A DNA stretch of 64,000 bases from Eledone cirrhosa (Eukaryota): the NCBI GenBank assembly GCA_964016885.1, contig OZ024743.1:135718001-135782000 (forward strand), given 5' to 3'. Shown here one piece after another: positions 23,206-36,529 of the stretch (positions are counted from its first letter, which is position 1; each line of letters begins with the position of its first letter). The notes below the pieces were generated by a model. That model was not told the origin of the DNA. It saw only the letters and a program-made list of their open reading frames with translations, and made no database searches. Both the position numbers and the translations under genes were made by a program.

Positions 23206-26200
23206 GGTGCTTGGTGTTTGGTGCTTGGTGTTTGGTGCTTGGTGTTTGGTGCTTGGTTCTTGGTGCTTGGTGTTTGGTGCTTGGTGTTTGGTGCTTGGTG
23301 TTAGGTGTTTGGTGCTTGGTGTTTGGTGCTTGGTACTTGGTGCTTGGTGCTTTGTGTTAGGTGTTTGGTGCTTGGTGTTTGGTGCTTGCTGCTGGCTGCT
23401 TGGTGTTTGGTGCTTGGTGATTGGTGCTTGGTGTTTGGTGCTTGGTGTTTGGTGTTTGGTGCTAGATGCTTGGTGTTTGGTGCTTGGTGCTTGGTATTTG
23501 TACTTGGTGCTTGGTGCTTGGTTCTTGGTGTTTGGTGCTTGGTGCTTGGTGTTTGGTGCTTGGTGCTTGGTGTTTGGTGCTTGGTGTTTGGTGCTTGGTG
23601 CTTGGTGCTTGGTGTTTGTACTTGGTGCTTGGTGCTTGGTGTTTGGTTCTTGGTTCTTGGTGTTTGGTACTTGGTGCTTGGTGCTTGGTGCTTGATGTTT
23701 GGTGTTTGGTGGTTGGTGTTTGGTGCTTGGTGCTTGGTGCTTGGTGTTAGGTGTTTGGTGCTTGGTCCTTGGTGTTTGGTGCTTGGTGTTTGGTGTTTGC
23801 TGTCTGCTTTTTGGTGTTTAGTGTTTGCTGTATGGTGTTTGGTGTTTGCTGTTTGGTGTTTGGTCTTTGGTGCTTGGTGTTTGGTGCTTGGTGCTTGGTG
23901 TTTGGTGTTTGGTGCTTGGTGCTTGGTGTTTGGTGTTATATGCTTGGTGATTGATGCTTGGTGCTTGGTGCTTGGTGTTTGGTGTTTGGTGTTTGTACTT
24001 GGTGCTTGGTGCTTGGTGCTTGGTGTTTGGTGCTTGGTGTTTGGTGCTTGGTGCTTGGTGCTTGGTGCTTGGTGCTTGGTGTTTGGTGGTTGGTGTTTGG
24101 TGCTTGGTGTTAGGTGTTTGGTGCTTGGTGCTTGGTGTTTGGTGTTTGGTGCTTGGTGTTTGGTGTTTGGTGCTTGGTGTTTGGTGCTTGGTACTTGGTG
24201 CTTGGTGCTTGGTGTTAGGTGTTTGGTGCTTGGTGTTTGGTGCTTGGTGTTTGGTGCTTGGTGCTTGGTGCTTGGTGCTTGGTGTTTGGTGGTTGGTGTT
24301 TAGTGCTTGGTGTTAGTTGTTTGGTGCTTGGTGCTTGGTGTTTGGTGTTTGGTGCTTGGTGTTTGGTGTTTGGTGCTTGGTGTTTGGTGCTTTTTGCTTG
24401 GTGCTTGGTGCTTGGTGTTTGGTGCTTGGTGCTTGGTGTTTGGTGCTGGGTGCTTGGTGTTTGGTGTTTGGTGTTATATGCTTGGTGTTTGATGCTAGGT
24501 GCTTGGTGCTTGGTGTTTGGTGTTTGGTGCTTGGTGTTTGATGCTTGGTGCTTGGTGCTTGGTGTTTGGTGCTTGGTGCTTGGTGTTTGGTGCTTGGTGC
24601 TTGGTGTTTGGTGCTTGGTGTTTGGTGCTTGATGTTTGGTGCTTGGTGCTTGGTGCTTGGTGCTTGGTGTTTGGTGGTTGGTGCTTGGTGCTTGGTGTTA
24701 GGTGTTTGGTGCTTGGTGCTTGGTGTTTGGTGTTTGGTGCTTGGTGTTTGGTGTTTGGTGCTTGCTGCTGGCTGCTTGGTGTTTGGTGCTTGGTGATTGG
24801 TGCTTGGTGTTTGGTGCTTGGTGTTTGGTGTTTGGTGCTAGTTGCTTGGTGTTTGGTGCTTGGTGCTTGGTGTTTGTACTTGGTGCTTGGTGCTTGGTTC
24901 TTGGTGTTTGGTGCTTGGTGCTTGGTGTTTGGTGCTTGGTGCTTGGTGTTTGGTGCTTGGTGTTTGGTGCTTGGTGTTTGGTGCTTGGTTCTTGGTGCTT
25001 GGTGTTTGGTGCTTGGTGTTTGGTGCTTGGTGTTAGGTGTTTGGTGCTTGGTGTTTGGTGCTTGGTACTTGGTGCTTGGTGCTTTGTGTTAGGTGTTTGG
25101 TGCTTGGTGTTTGGTGTCTGGTTTTTGGTGCTTGGTGCTTGGTGTTTGGTGCTTGCTGCTGGCTGCTTGGTGTTTGATGCTTGGTGATTGGTGCTTGGTG
25201 TTTGGTGCTTGGTGTTTGGTGTTTGGTGCTAGATGCTTGGTGTTTGGTGCTTGGTGCTTGGTGTTTGTACTTGGTGCTTGGTGCTTGGTTCTTGGTGTTT
25301 GGTGCTTGGTGCTTGGTGTTTGGTGCTTGGTGCTTGGTGTTTGGTGCTTGGTGTTTGGTGCTTGGTGCTTGGTGCTTGGTGTTTGTACTTGGTGCTTGGT
25401 GCTTGGTGTTTGGTTCTTGGTTCTTGGTGTTTGGTACTTGGTGCTTGGTGCTTGGTGCTTGATGTTTGGTGTTTGGTGGTTGGTGTTTGGTGCTTGGTGC
25501 TTGGTGCTTGGTGTTAGGTGTTTGGTGCTTGGTCCTTGGTGTTTGGTGCTTGGTGTTTGGTGTTTGCTGTCTGCTTTTTGGTGTTTAGTGTTTGCTGTAT
25601 GGTGTTTGGTGTTTGCTGTTTGGTGTTTGGTCTTTGGTGCTTGGTGTTTGGTGCTTGGTGCTTGGTGTTTGGTGTTTGGTGCTTGGTGCTTGGTGTTTGG
25701 TGTTATATGCTTGGTGTTTGATGCTTGGTGCTTGGTGCTTGGTGTTTGGTGTTTGGTATTTGTACTTGGTGCTTGGTGCTTGGTGCTTGGTGTTTGGTGC
25801 TTGGTGTTTGGTGCTTGGTGCTTGGTGCTTGGTGCTTGGTGCTTGGTGCTTGGTGTTTGGTGGTTGGTGTTTGGTGCTTGGTGTTAGGTGTTTGGTGCTT
25901 GGTGCTTGGTGTTTGGTGTTTGGTGCTTGGTGTTTGGTGTTTGGTGCTTGGTGTTTGGTGCTTGGTACTTGGTGCTTGGTGCTTGGTGTTAGGTGTTTGG
26001 TGCTTGGTGTTTGGTGCTTGGTGTTTGGTGCTTGGTGCTTGGTGCTTGGTGCTTGGTGTTTGGTGGTTGGTGTTTGGTGCTTGGTGTTAGGTGTTTGGTG
26101 CTTGGTGCTTGGTGTTTGGTGTTTGGTGCTTGGTGTTTGGTGTTTGGTGCTTGGTGTTTGGTGCTTTTTGCTTGGTGCTTGGTGCTTGGTGTTTGGTGCT

Positions 26201-29200
26201 TGGTTCTTGGTGTTTGGTGCTGGGTGCTTGGTGTTTGGTGTTATATGCTTGGTGTTTGATGCTTGGTGCTTGGTGCTTGGTGTTTGGTGTTTGGTGCTTG
26301 GTGTTTGATGCTTGGTGCTTGGTCCTTGGTGTTTGGTGCTTGGTGCTTGGTGTTTGGTGCTTGGTGCTTGGTGTTTGGTGTTTGGTGCTTGGTGTTTGGT
26401 GCTTGGTGCTTGGTGCTTGGTGCTTGGTGTTTGGTGGTTGGTGCTTGGTGCTTGGTGTTAGGTGTTTGGTGCTTGGTGCTTGGTGTTTGGTGTTTGGTGC
26501 TTGGTGTTTGGTGTTTGGTGCTTGGTGTTTGGTGCTTGGTACTTGGTGCTTGGTGCTTGGTGTTAGGTGTTTGGTGCATGGTGTTTGGTGTCTGGTTTTT
26601 GGTGCTTGGTGCTTGGTGTTTGGTGCTTGCTGCTGGCTGCTTGGTGTTTGGTGCCTGGTGATTGGTGCTTGGTGTTTGGTGCTTGGTGTTTTGTGTTTGG
26701 TGCTTGGTATTTGGTGCTTGGTGCTTGGTGTTTGTACTTGGTGCTTGGTGCTTGGTGTTTGGTTCTTGGTTCTTGGTGTTTGGTGTTTGGCGATTGGTGT
26801 TTGGTGCTTGGTGCTTGGTGTTTGGTGCCTGGTGCTTGGTGCTTGGTGCTTGGTGTTTCGTGTTTGGTGCTTGGTGCTTAGAGTTTGGTGTTTGGTGCTT
26901 GGTGCTTGGTGTTTTGTGTTTGGTGCTTGGTGTTTGATGCTTGGTGCTTGGTGCTTGGTGTTTTGTGTTTGGTGCTTGGTTCTTGGTGTTTGGTGCTTGG
27001 TGCTTGGTGCTTGGTGTTTGTACTTGGTGCTTGGTGCTTGGTGTTTGGTTCTTGGTTCTTGGTGTTTGGTACTTGGTGCTTGGTGCTTGGTGCTTGATGT
27101 TTGGTGTTTGGTGGTTGGTGTTTGGTGCTTGGTGCTTGGTGCTTGGTGTTAGGTGTTTGGTGCTTGGTCCTTGGTGTTTGGTGCTTGGTGTTTGGTGTTT
27201 GCTGTCTGCTTTTGGGTGTTTAGTGTTTGCTGTATGGTGTTTGGTGTTTGCTGTTTGGTGTTTGGTCTCTGGTGCTTGGTGTTTAGTGCTTGGTGCTTGG
27301 TGTTTGGTGTTTGGTGCTTGGTGCTTGGTGTTTGGTGTTATACGCTTGGTGTTTGATGCTTGGTGCTTTGTGCTTGGTGTTTGGTGTTTGGTGTTTGTAC
27401 TTGGTGCTTGGTGATTGGTGCTTGGTGTTTGGTGCTTGGTGTTTGGTGCTTGGTGCTTGGTGCTTGGTGCTTGGTGCTTGGTGTTTGGTGGTTGGTGTTT
27501 GGTGCTTGGTGTTAGGTGTTTGGTGCTTGGTGCTTGGTGTTTGGTGTTTGGTGCTTGGTGTTTGGTGTTTGGTGCTTGGTGTTTGGTGCTTGGTACTTGG
27601 TGCTTGGTGCTTGGTGTTAGGTGTTTGGTGCTTGGTGTTTGGTGCTTGGTGTTTGGTGCTTGGTGCTTGGTGCTTGGTGCTTGGTGTTTGGTGGTTGGTG
27701 TTTAGTGCTTGGTGTTAGTTGTTTGGTGCTTGGTGCTTGGTGTTTGGTGTTTGGTGCTTGGTGTTTGGTGTTTGGTGCTTGGTGTTTGGTGCTTTTTGCT
27801 TGGTGCTTGGTGCTTGGTGTTTGGTGCTTGGTGCTTGGTGTTTGGTGCTGGGTGCTTGGTGTTTGGTGTTTGGTGTTATATGCTTGGTGTTTGATGCTTG
27901 GTGCTTGGTGCTTGGTGTTTGGTGTTTGGTGCTTGGTGTTTGATGCTTGGTGCTTGGTGCTTGGTGTTTGGTGCTTGGTGCTTGGTGTTTGGTGCTTGGT
28001 GCTTGGTGTTTGGTGCTTGGTGTTTGGTGCTTGATGTTTGGTGCTTGGTGCTTGGTGCTTGATGCTTGGTGTTTGGTGGTTGGTGCTTGGTGCTTGGTGT
28101 TAGGTGTTTGGTGCTTGGTGCTTGGTGTTTGGTGTTTGGTGCTTGGGGTTTGGTGTTTGGTGCTTGCTGCTGGCTGCTTGGTGTTTGGTGCTTGGTGATT
28201 GGTGCTTGGTGTTTGGTGCTTGGTGTTTGGTGTTTGGTGCTAGTTGCTTGGTGTTTGGTGCTTGGTGCTTGGTGTTTGTACTTGGTGCTTGGTGCTTGGT
28301 TCTTGGTGTTTGGTGCTTGGTGATTGGTGCTTGGTGTTTGGTGCTTGGTGTTTGGTGTTTGGTGCTAGATGCTTGGTGTTTGGTGCTTGGTGCTTGGTGT
28401 TTGTACTTGGTGCTTGGTGCTTGGTTCTTGGTGTTTGGTGCTTGGTGCTTGGTGTTTGGTGCTTGGTGCTTGGTGTTTGGTGCTTGGTGTTTGGTGCTTG
28501 GTGCTTGGTGCTTGGTGTTTGTACTTGGTGCTTGGTGCTTGGTGTTTGGTTCTTGGTTCTTGGTGTTTGGTACTTGGTGCTTGGTGCTTGGTGCTTGATG
28601 TTTGGTGTTTGGTGGTTGGTGTTTGGTGCTTGGTGCTTGGTGCTTGGTGTTAGGTGTTTGGTGCTTGGTCCTTGGTGTTTGGTGCTTGGTGTTTGGTGCT
28701 TGCTGTCTGCTTTTTGGTGTTTAGTGTTTGCTGTATGGTGTTTGGTGTTTGCTGTTTGGTGTTTGGTCTTTGGTGCTTGGTGTTTGGTGCTTGGTGCTTG
28801 GTGTTTGGTGTTTGGTGCTTGGTGCTTGGTGTTTGGTGTTATATGCTTGGTGTTTGATGCTTGGTGCTTGGTGCTTGGTGTTTGGTGTTTGGTGTTTGTA
28901 CTTGGTGCTTGGTGCTTGGTGCTTGGTGTTTGGTGCTTGGTGTTTGGTGCTTGGTGCTTGGTGCTTGGTGCTTGGTGCTTGGTGTTTGGTGGTTGGTGTT
29001 TGGTGCTTGGTGTTAGGTGTTTGGTGCTTGGTGCTTGGTGTTTGGTGTTTGGTGCTTGGTGTTTGGTGTTTGGTGCTTGGTGTTTGGTGCTTGGTACGTG
29101 GTGCTTGGTGCTTGGTGTTAGGTGTTTGGTGCTTGGTGTTTGGTGCTTGGTGTTTGGTGCTTGGTGCTTGGTGCTTGGTGCTTGGTGTTTGGTGCTTGGT

Positions 29201-32200
29201 GTTTGGTGCTTGGTGTTAGGTGTTTGGTGCTTGGTGCTTGGTGTTTGGTGTTTGGTGCTTGGTGTTTGGTGTTTGGTGCTTGGTGTTTGGTGCTTTTTGC
29301 TTGGTGCTTGGTGCTTGGTGTTTGGTGCTTCGTTCTTGGTGTTTGGTGCTGGGTGCTTGGTGTTTGGTGTTTGGTGTTATATGCTTGGTGTTTGATGCTT
29401 GGTGCTTGGTGCTTGGTGTTTGGTGTTTGGTGCTTGGTGTTTGATGCTTGGTGCTTGGTGCTTGGTGTTTGGTGCTTGGTGCTTGGTGTTTGGTGCTTGG
29501 TGCTTGGTGTTTGGTGTTTGGTGCTTGGTGTTTGGTGCTTGGTGCTTGGTGCTTGGTGCTTGGTGTTTGGTGGTTGGTGCTTGGTGCTTGGTGTTAGGTG
29601 TTTGGTGCTTGGTGCTTGGTGTTTGGTGTTTGGTGCTTGGTGTTTGGTGTTTGGTGCTTGGTGTTTGGTGCTTGGTACTTGGTGCTTGGTGCTTGGTGTT
29701 AGGTGTTTGGTGCTTGGTGTTTGGTGTCTGGTTTTTGGTGCTTGGTGCTTGGTGTTTGGTGCTTGCTGCTGGCTGCTTGGTGTTTGGTGCCTGGTGATTG
29801 GTGCTTGGTGTTTGGTGCTTGGTGTTTTGTGTTTGGTGCTTGGTATTTGGTGCTTGGTGCTTGGTGTTTGTACTTGGTGCTTGGTGCTTGGTGTTTGGTT
29901 CTTGGTTCTTGGTGTTTGGTGTTTGGCGATTGGTGTTTGGTGCTTGGTGCTTGGTGTTTGGTGCCTGGTGCTTGGTGCTTGGTGCTTGGTGTTTCGTGTT
30001 TGGTGCTTGGTGCTTGGAGTTTGGTGTTTGGTGCTTGGTGCTTGGTGTTTTGTGTTTGGTGCTTGGTGTTTGATGCTTGGTGCTTGGTGCTTGGTGTTTT
30101 GTGTTTGGTGCTTGGTTCTTGGTGTTTGGTGCTTGGTGCTTGGTGCTTGGTGTTTGTACTTGGTGCTTGGTTCTTGGTGTTTGGTTCTTGGTTCTTGGTG
30201 TTTGGTACTTGGTGCTTGGTGCTTGGTGCTTGATGTTTGGTGTTTGGTGGTTGGTGTTTGGTGCTTGGTGCTTGGTGCTTGGTGTTAGGTGTTTGGTGCT
30301 TGGTCCTTGGTGTTTGCTGTCTGCTTTTTGGTGTTTAGTGTTTGCTGTATGGTGTTTGGTGTTTGCTGTTTGGTGTTTGGTCTTTGGTGCTTGGTGTTTG
30401 GTGCTTGGTGCTTGGTGTTTGGTGTTTGGTGCTTGGTGCTTGGTGTTTGGTGTTATATGCTTGGTGTTTGATGCTTGGTGCTTTGTGCTTGGTGTTTGGT
30501 GTTTGGTGTTTGTACTTGGTGCTTGGTGCTTGGTGCTTGGTGTTTGGTGCTTGGTGTTTGGTGCTTGGTGCTTGGTGCTTGGTGCTTGGTGCTTGGTGTT
30601 TGGTGGTTGGTGTTTGGTGCTTGGTGTTAGGTGTTTGGTGCTTGGTGCTTGGTGTTTGGTGTTTGGTGCTTGGTGTTTGGTGTTTGGTGCTTGGTGTTTG
30701 GTGCTTGGTACATGGGGCTTGGTGCTTGGTGTTAGGTGTTTGGTGCTTGGTGTTTGGTGCTTGGTGTTTGGTACTTGGTGCTTGGTGCTTGGTGCTTGGT
30801 GTTTGGTGGTTGGTGTTTAGTGCTTGGTGTTAGTTGTTTGGTGCTTGGTGCTTGGTGTTTGGTGTTTGGTGCTTGGTGTTTGGTGTTTGGTGCTTGGTGT
30901 TTGGTGCTTTTTGCTTGGTGCTTGGTGCTTGGTGTTTGGTGCTTGGTGCTTGGTGTTTGGTGCTGGGTGCTTGGTGTTTGGTGTTTGGTGTTATATGCTT
31001 GGTGTTTGATGCTTGGTGCTTGGTGCTTGGTGTTTGGTGTTTGGTGCTTGGTGTTTGATGCTTGGTGCTTGGTGCTTGGTGTTTGGTGCTTGATGCTTGG
31101 TGTTTGGTGCTTGGTGCCTGGTGTTTGGTGCTTGGTGATTGGTGCTTGATGTTTGGTGCTTGGTGCTTGGTGCTTGGTGCTTGGTGTTTGGTGGTTGGTG
31201 CTTGGTGCTTGGTGTTAGGTGTTTGGTGCTTGGTGCTTGGTGTTTGGTGTTTGGTGCTTGGTGTTTGGTGTTTGGTGCTTGCTGCTGGCTGCTTGGTGTT
31301 TGGTGCTTGGTGATTGGTGCTTGGTGTTTGGTGCTTGGTGTTTGGTGTTTGGTGCTAGGTGCTTGGTGTTTGGTGCTTGGTGCTTGGTGTTTGTACTTGG
31401 TGCTTGGTGCTTGGTTCTTGGTGTTTGGTGCTTGGTGCTTGGTGTTTGGTGCTTGGTGCTTGGTGTTTGGTGCTTGGTGTTTGGTGCTTGGTGTTTGGTG
31501 CTTGGTTCTTGGTGCTTGGTGTTTGGTGCTTGGTGTTTGGTGCTTGGTGTTAGGTGTTTGGTGCTTGGTGTTTGGTGCTTGGTACTTGGTGCTTGGTGCT
31601 TGGTGTTAGGTGTTTGGTGCTTGGTGTTTGGTGTCTGGTTTTTGGTGCTTGGTGCTTGGTGTTTGGTGCTTGCTGCTGGCTGCTTGGTGTTTGGTGCTTG
31701 GTGATTGGTGCTTGGTGTTTGGTGCTTGGTGTTTGGTGTTTGGTGCTAGATGCTTGGTGTTTGGTGCTTGGTGCTTGGTGTTTGTACTTGGTGCTTGGTG
31801 CTTGGTTCTTGGTGTTTGGTGCTTGGTGCTTGGTGTTTGGTGCTTGGTGCTTGGTGTTTGGTGCTTGGTGTTTGGTGCTTGGTGCTTGGTGCTTGGTGTT
31901 TGTACTTGGTGCTTGGTGCTTGGTGTTTGGTTCTTGGTTCTTGGTGTTTGGTACTTGGTGCTTGGTGCTTGGTGCTTGATGTTTGGTGTTTGGTGGTTGG
32001 TGTTTGGTGCTTGGTGCTTGGTGCTTGGTGTTAGGTGTTTGGTGCTTGGTCCTTGGTGTTTGGTGCTTGGTGTTTGGTGTTTGCTGTCTGCTTTTTGGTG
32101 TTTAGTGTTTGCTGTATGGTGTTTGGTGTTTGCTGTTTGGTGTTTGGTCTTTGGTGCTTGGTGTTTGGTGCTTGGTGCTTGGTGTTTGGTGTTTGGTGCT

Positions 32201-33070
32201 TGGTGCTTGGTGTTTGGTGTTATATGCTTGGTGTTTGATGCTTGGTGCTTGGTGCTTGGTGTTTGGTGTTTGGTGTTTGTACTTGGTGCTTGGTGCTTGG
32301 TGCTTGGTGTTTGGTGCTTGGTGTTTGGTGCTTGGTGCTTGGTGCTTGGTGCTTGGTGTTTGGTGGTTGGTGTTTGGTGCTTGGTGTTAGGTGTTTGGTG
32401 CTTGGTGCTTGGTGTTTGGTGTTTGGTGCTTGGTGTTTGGTGTTTGGTGCTTGGTGTTTGGTGCTTTTTGCTTGGTGCTTGGTGCTTGGTGTTTGGTGCT
32501 TGGTTCTTGGTGTTTGGTGCTGGGTGCTTGGTGTTTGGTGTTTGGTGTTATATGCTTGGTGTTTGATGCTTGGTGCTTGGTGCTTGGTGTTTGGTGTTTG
32601 GTGCTTGGTGTTTGATGCTTGGTGCTTGGTGCTTGGTGTTTGGTGCTTGGTGCTTGGTGTTTGTTGCTTGGTGCTTGGTGTTTGGTGTTTGGTGCTTGGT
32701 GTTTGGTGCTTGGTGCTTGGTGCTTGGTGCTTGGTGTTTGGTGGTTGGTGCTTGGTGCTTGGTGTTAGGTGTTTGGTGCTTGGTGCTTGGTGTTTGGTGT
32801 TTGGTGCTTGGTGTTTGGTGTTTGGTGCTTGGTGTTTGGTGCTTGGTACTTGGTGCTTGGTGCTTGGTGTTAGGTGTTTGGTGCTTGGTGTTTGGTGTCT
32901 GGTTTTTGGTGCTTGGTGCTTGGTGTTTGGTGCTTGCTGCTGGCTGCTTGGTGTTTGGTGCCTGGTGATTGGTGCTTGGTGTTTGGTGCTTGGTGTTTGG
33001 TGTTTGGTGCTAGGTGCTTGGTGTTTGGTTCTTGGTGCTTGGTGTTTGTACTTGGTGCTTGGTGCTTGGT
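21880..33070 (+). repeat. Zone of ~1.5-1.8 kb higher-order units, partly organised as a ~3136-bp dimer (~25185-28320 / ~28321-31430)
   Basis: The anchor module GCTGTCTGCTTTTTGGTGTTTAGTGTTTGCTGTATGG falls in ORFs starting at 22019, 23751, 25518, 27153, 28654, 30289 and 32035 (spacings 1732, 1767, 1635, 1501, 1635, 1746). Offset-3136 ORF pairs: 25233/28369, 26263/29399, 26567/29703, 26941/30077. Confidence 0.87.
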
Positions 33071-35870
33071 GCTTGGTGTTTGGTGGTTGGTGCTTGGTGC
33101 TTGGTGTTAGGTGTTTGGTGCTTGGTGCTTGGTGTTTAGTGTTTGCTGTATGGTGTTTGGTGTTTGCTGTTTGGTGTTTGGTCTTTGGTGCTTGGTGTTT
33201 GGTGCTTGGTGCTTGGTGTTTGGTGTTTGGTGCTTGGTGCTTGGTGTTTGGTGTTATATGCTTGGTGTTTGATGCTTGGTGCTTTGTGCTTGGTGTTTGG
33301 TGTTTGGTGTTTGTACTTGGTGCTTGGTGCTTGGTGCTTGGTGTTTGGTGCTTGGTGTTGGTGCTTGGTGCTTGGTGCTTGGTGCTTGGTGCTTGGTGTT
33401 TGGTGGTTGGTGTTTGGTGCTTGGTGTTAGGTGTTTGGTGCTTGGTGCTTGGTGTTTGGTGTTTGGTGCTTGGTGTTTGGTGTTTGGTGCTTGGTGTTTG
33501 GTGCTTGGTACTTGGTGCTTGGTGCTTGGTGTTAGGTGTTTGGTGCTTGGTGTTTGGTGCTTGGTGTTTGGTGCTTGGTGCTTGGTGCTTGGTGCTTGGT
33601 GTTTGGTGGTTGGTGTTTAGTGCTTGGTGTTAGTTGTTTGGTGCTTGGTGCTTGGTGTTTGGTGTTTGGTTCTTGGTGTTTGGTGTTTGGTGCTTGGTGT
33701 TTGGTGCTTTTTGCTTGGTGCTTGGTGCTTGGTGTTTGGTGCTTGGTGCTTGGTGTTTGGTGCTGGGTGCTTGGTGTTTGGTGTTTGGTGTTATATGCTT
33801 GGTGTTTGATGCTTGGTGCTTGGTGCTTGGTGTTTGGTGTTTGGTGCTTGGTGTTTGATGCTTGGTGCTTGGTGCTTGGTGTTTGGTGCTTGATGCTTGG
33901 TGTTTGGTGCTTGGTGCTTGGTGTTTGGTGCTTGGTGATTGGTGCTTGATGTTTGGTGCTTGGTGCTTGGTGCTTGGTGCTTGGTGTTTGGTGGTTGGTG
34001 CTTGGTGCTTGGTGTTAGGTGTTTGGTGCTTGGTGCTTGGTGTTTGGTGTTTGATGCTTGGTGTTTGGTGTTTGGTGCTTGCTGCTGGCTGCTTGGTGTT
34101 TGGTGCTTGGTGATTGGTGCTTGGTGTTTGGTGCTTGGTGTTTGGTGTTTGGTGCTAGGTGCTTGGTGTTTGGTGCTTGGTGCTTGGTGTTTGTACTTGG
34201 TGCTTGGTGCTTGGTTCTTGGTGTTTGGTGCTTGGTGCTTGGTGTTTGGTGCTTGGTGCTTGGTGTTTGGTGCTTGGTGTTTGGTGCTTGGTGTTTGGTG
34301 CTTGGTTCTTGGTGCTTGGTGTTTGGTGCTTGGTGTTTGGTGCTTGGTGTTAGGTGTTTGGTGCTTGGTGTTTGGTGCTTGGTACTTGGTGCTTGGTGCT
34401 TGGTGTTAGGTGTTTGGTGCTTGGTGTTTGGTGTCTGGTTTTTGGTGCTTGGTGCTTGGTGTTTGGTGCTTGCTGCTGGCTGCTTGGTGTTTGGTGCTTG
34501 GTCATTGGTGCTTGGTGTTTGGTGCTTGGTGTTTGGTGTTTGGTGCTAGATGCTTGGTGTTTGGTGCTTGGTGCTTGGTGTTTGTACTTGGTGCTTGGTG
34601 CTTGGTTCTTGGTGTTTGGTGCTTGGTGCTTGGTGTTTGGTGCTTGGTGCTTGGTGTTTGGTGCTTGGTGTTTGGTGCTTGGTGCTTGGTGCTTGGTGTT
34701 TGTACTTGGTGCTTGGTGCTTGGTGTTTGGTTCTTGGTTCTTGGTGTTTGGTACTTGGTGCTTGGTGCTTGGTGCTTGATGTTTGGTGTTTGGTGGTTGG
34801 TGTTTGGTGCTTGGTGCTTGGTGCTTGGTGTTAGGTGTTTGGTGCTTGGTCCTTGGTGTTTGGTGCTTGGTGTTTGGTGTTTGCTGTCTGCTTTTTGGTG
34901 TTTAGTGTTTGCTGTATGGTGTTTGGTGTTTGCTGTTTGGTGTTTGGTCTTTGGTGCTTGGTGTTTGGTGCTTGGTGCTTGGTGTTTGGTGTTTGGTACT
35001 TGGTGCTTGGTGTTTGGTGTTATATGCTTGGTGTTTGATGCTTGGTGCTTGGTGCTTGGTGTTTGGTGTTTGGTGTTTGTACTTGGTGCTTGGTGCTTGG
35101 TGCTTGGTGTTTGGTGCTTGGTGTTTGGTGCTTGGTGCTTGGTGCTTGGTGCTTGGTGTTTGGTGGTTGGTGTTTGGTGCTTGGTGTTAGGTGTTTGGTG
35201 CTTGGTGCTTGGTGTTTGGTGTTTGGTGCTTGGTGTTTGGTGTTTGGTGCTTGGTGTTTGGTGCTTTTTGCTTGGTGCTTGGTGCTTGGTGTTTGGTGCT
35301 TGGTTCTTGGTGTTTGGTGCTGGGTGCTTGGTGTTTGGTGTTTGGTGTTATATGCTTGGTGTTTGATGCTTGGTGCTTGGTGCTTGGTGTTTGGTGTTTG
35401 GTGCTTGGTGTTTGATGCTTGGTGCTTGGTGCTTGGTGTTTGGTGCTTGGTGCTTGGTGTTTGTTGCTTGGTGCTTGGTGTTTGGTGTTTGGTGCTTGGT
35501 GTTTGGTGCTTGGTGCTTGGTGCTTGGTGCTTGGTGTTTGGTGGTTGGTGCTTGGTGCTTGGTGTTAGGTGTTTGGTGCTTGGTGCTTGGTGTTTGGTGT
35601 TTGGTGCTTGGTGTTTGGTGTTTGGTGCTTGGTGTTTGGTGCTTGGTACTTGGTGCTTGGTGCTTGGTGTTAGGTGTTTGGTGCTTGGTGTTTGGTGTCT
35701 GGTTTTTGGTGCTTGGTGCTTGGTGTTTGGTGCTTGCTGCTGGCTGCTTGGTGTTTGGTGCCTGGTGATTGGTGCTTGGTGTTTGGTGCTTGGTGTTTGG
35801 TGTTTGGTGCTAGGTGCTTGGTGTTTGGTTCTTGGTGCTTGGTGTTTGTACTTGGTGCTTGGTGCTTGGT
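30330..35870 (+). repeat. Near-tandem duplication, offset 2800-2801 (~30330-33070 / ~33131-35870), with several substitutions
   Basis: ORF pairs 30342/33143, 30736/33536, 31139/33939, 31610/34410, 32242/35042, 32570/35370. Shared TTGTTGC at 32661/35461. Differences include ACATGGGG (~30710) and GTCATT (~34501). Confidence 0.9.
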
Positions 35871-36529
35871 TCTTGGTGTTTGGTGCTTGGTGCTTGGTGT
35901 TTGGTGCTTGGTGCTTGGTGTTTGGTGCTTGGTGTTTGGTGCTTGGTGTTTGGTGCTTGGTGCTTGGTGCTTGGTGTTTGGTGCCTGGTGTTTGGTGCTT
36001 GGTGTTAGGTGTTTGGTGCTTGGTGCTTGGTGTTAGGTGTTTGGTGCTTGGTGTTTGGTGCTTGGTGTTTGGTGCTTGGTGCTTGGTGCTTGGTGCTTGG
36101 TGTTTGGTGGTTGGTGTTTGGTGCTTGGTGTTAGGTGTTTGGTGCTTGGTGCTTGGTGTTTGGTGTTTGGTACTTGGTGTTTGGTGTTTGGTGCTGGGTG
36201 CTTGGTGTTTGGTGTTTGGTGTTATATGCTTGGTGTTTGATGCTTGGTGCTTGGTGCTTGGTGTTTGGTGTTTGGTGCTTGGTGTTTGATGCTTGGTGCT
36301 TGGTGCTTGGTGTTTGGTAATTGGTGCTTGGTGTTTGGTGCTTGGTGCTTGGTGTTTGGTGCTTGGTGCTTGGTGCTTGGTGTTTGGTGCTTGGTGCTTG
36401 GTGTTTGGTGCTTGGTGTTTGGTGTTTGGTGCTTCGTGCTTGGTGCTTGTTGCTTGGTGTTTGGTGGTTGGTGCTTGGTGCTTGGTGTTAGGTGTTTGGT
36501 GCTTGGTGCTTGGTGTTTGGTGTTTGGTG

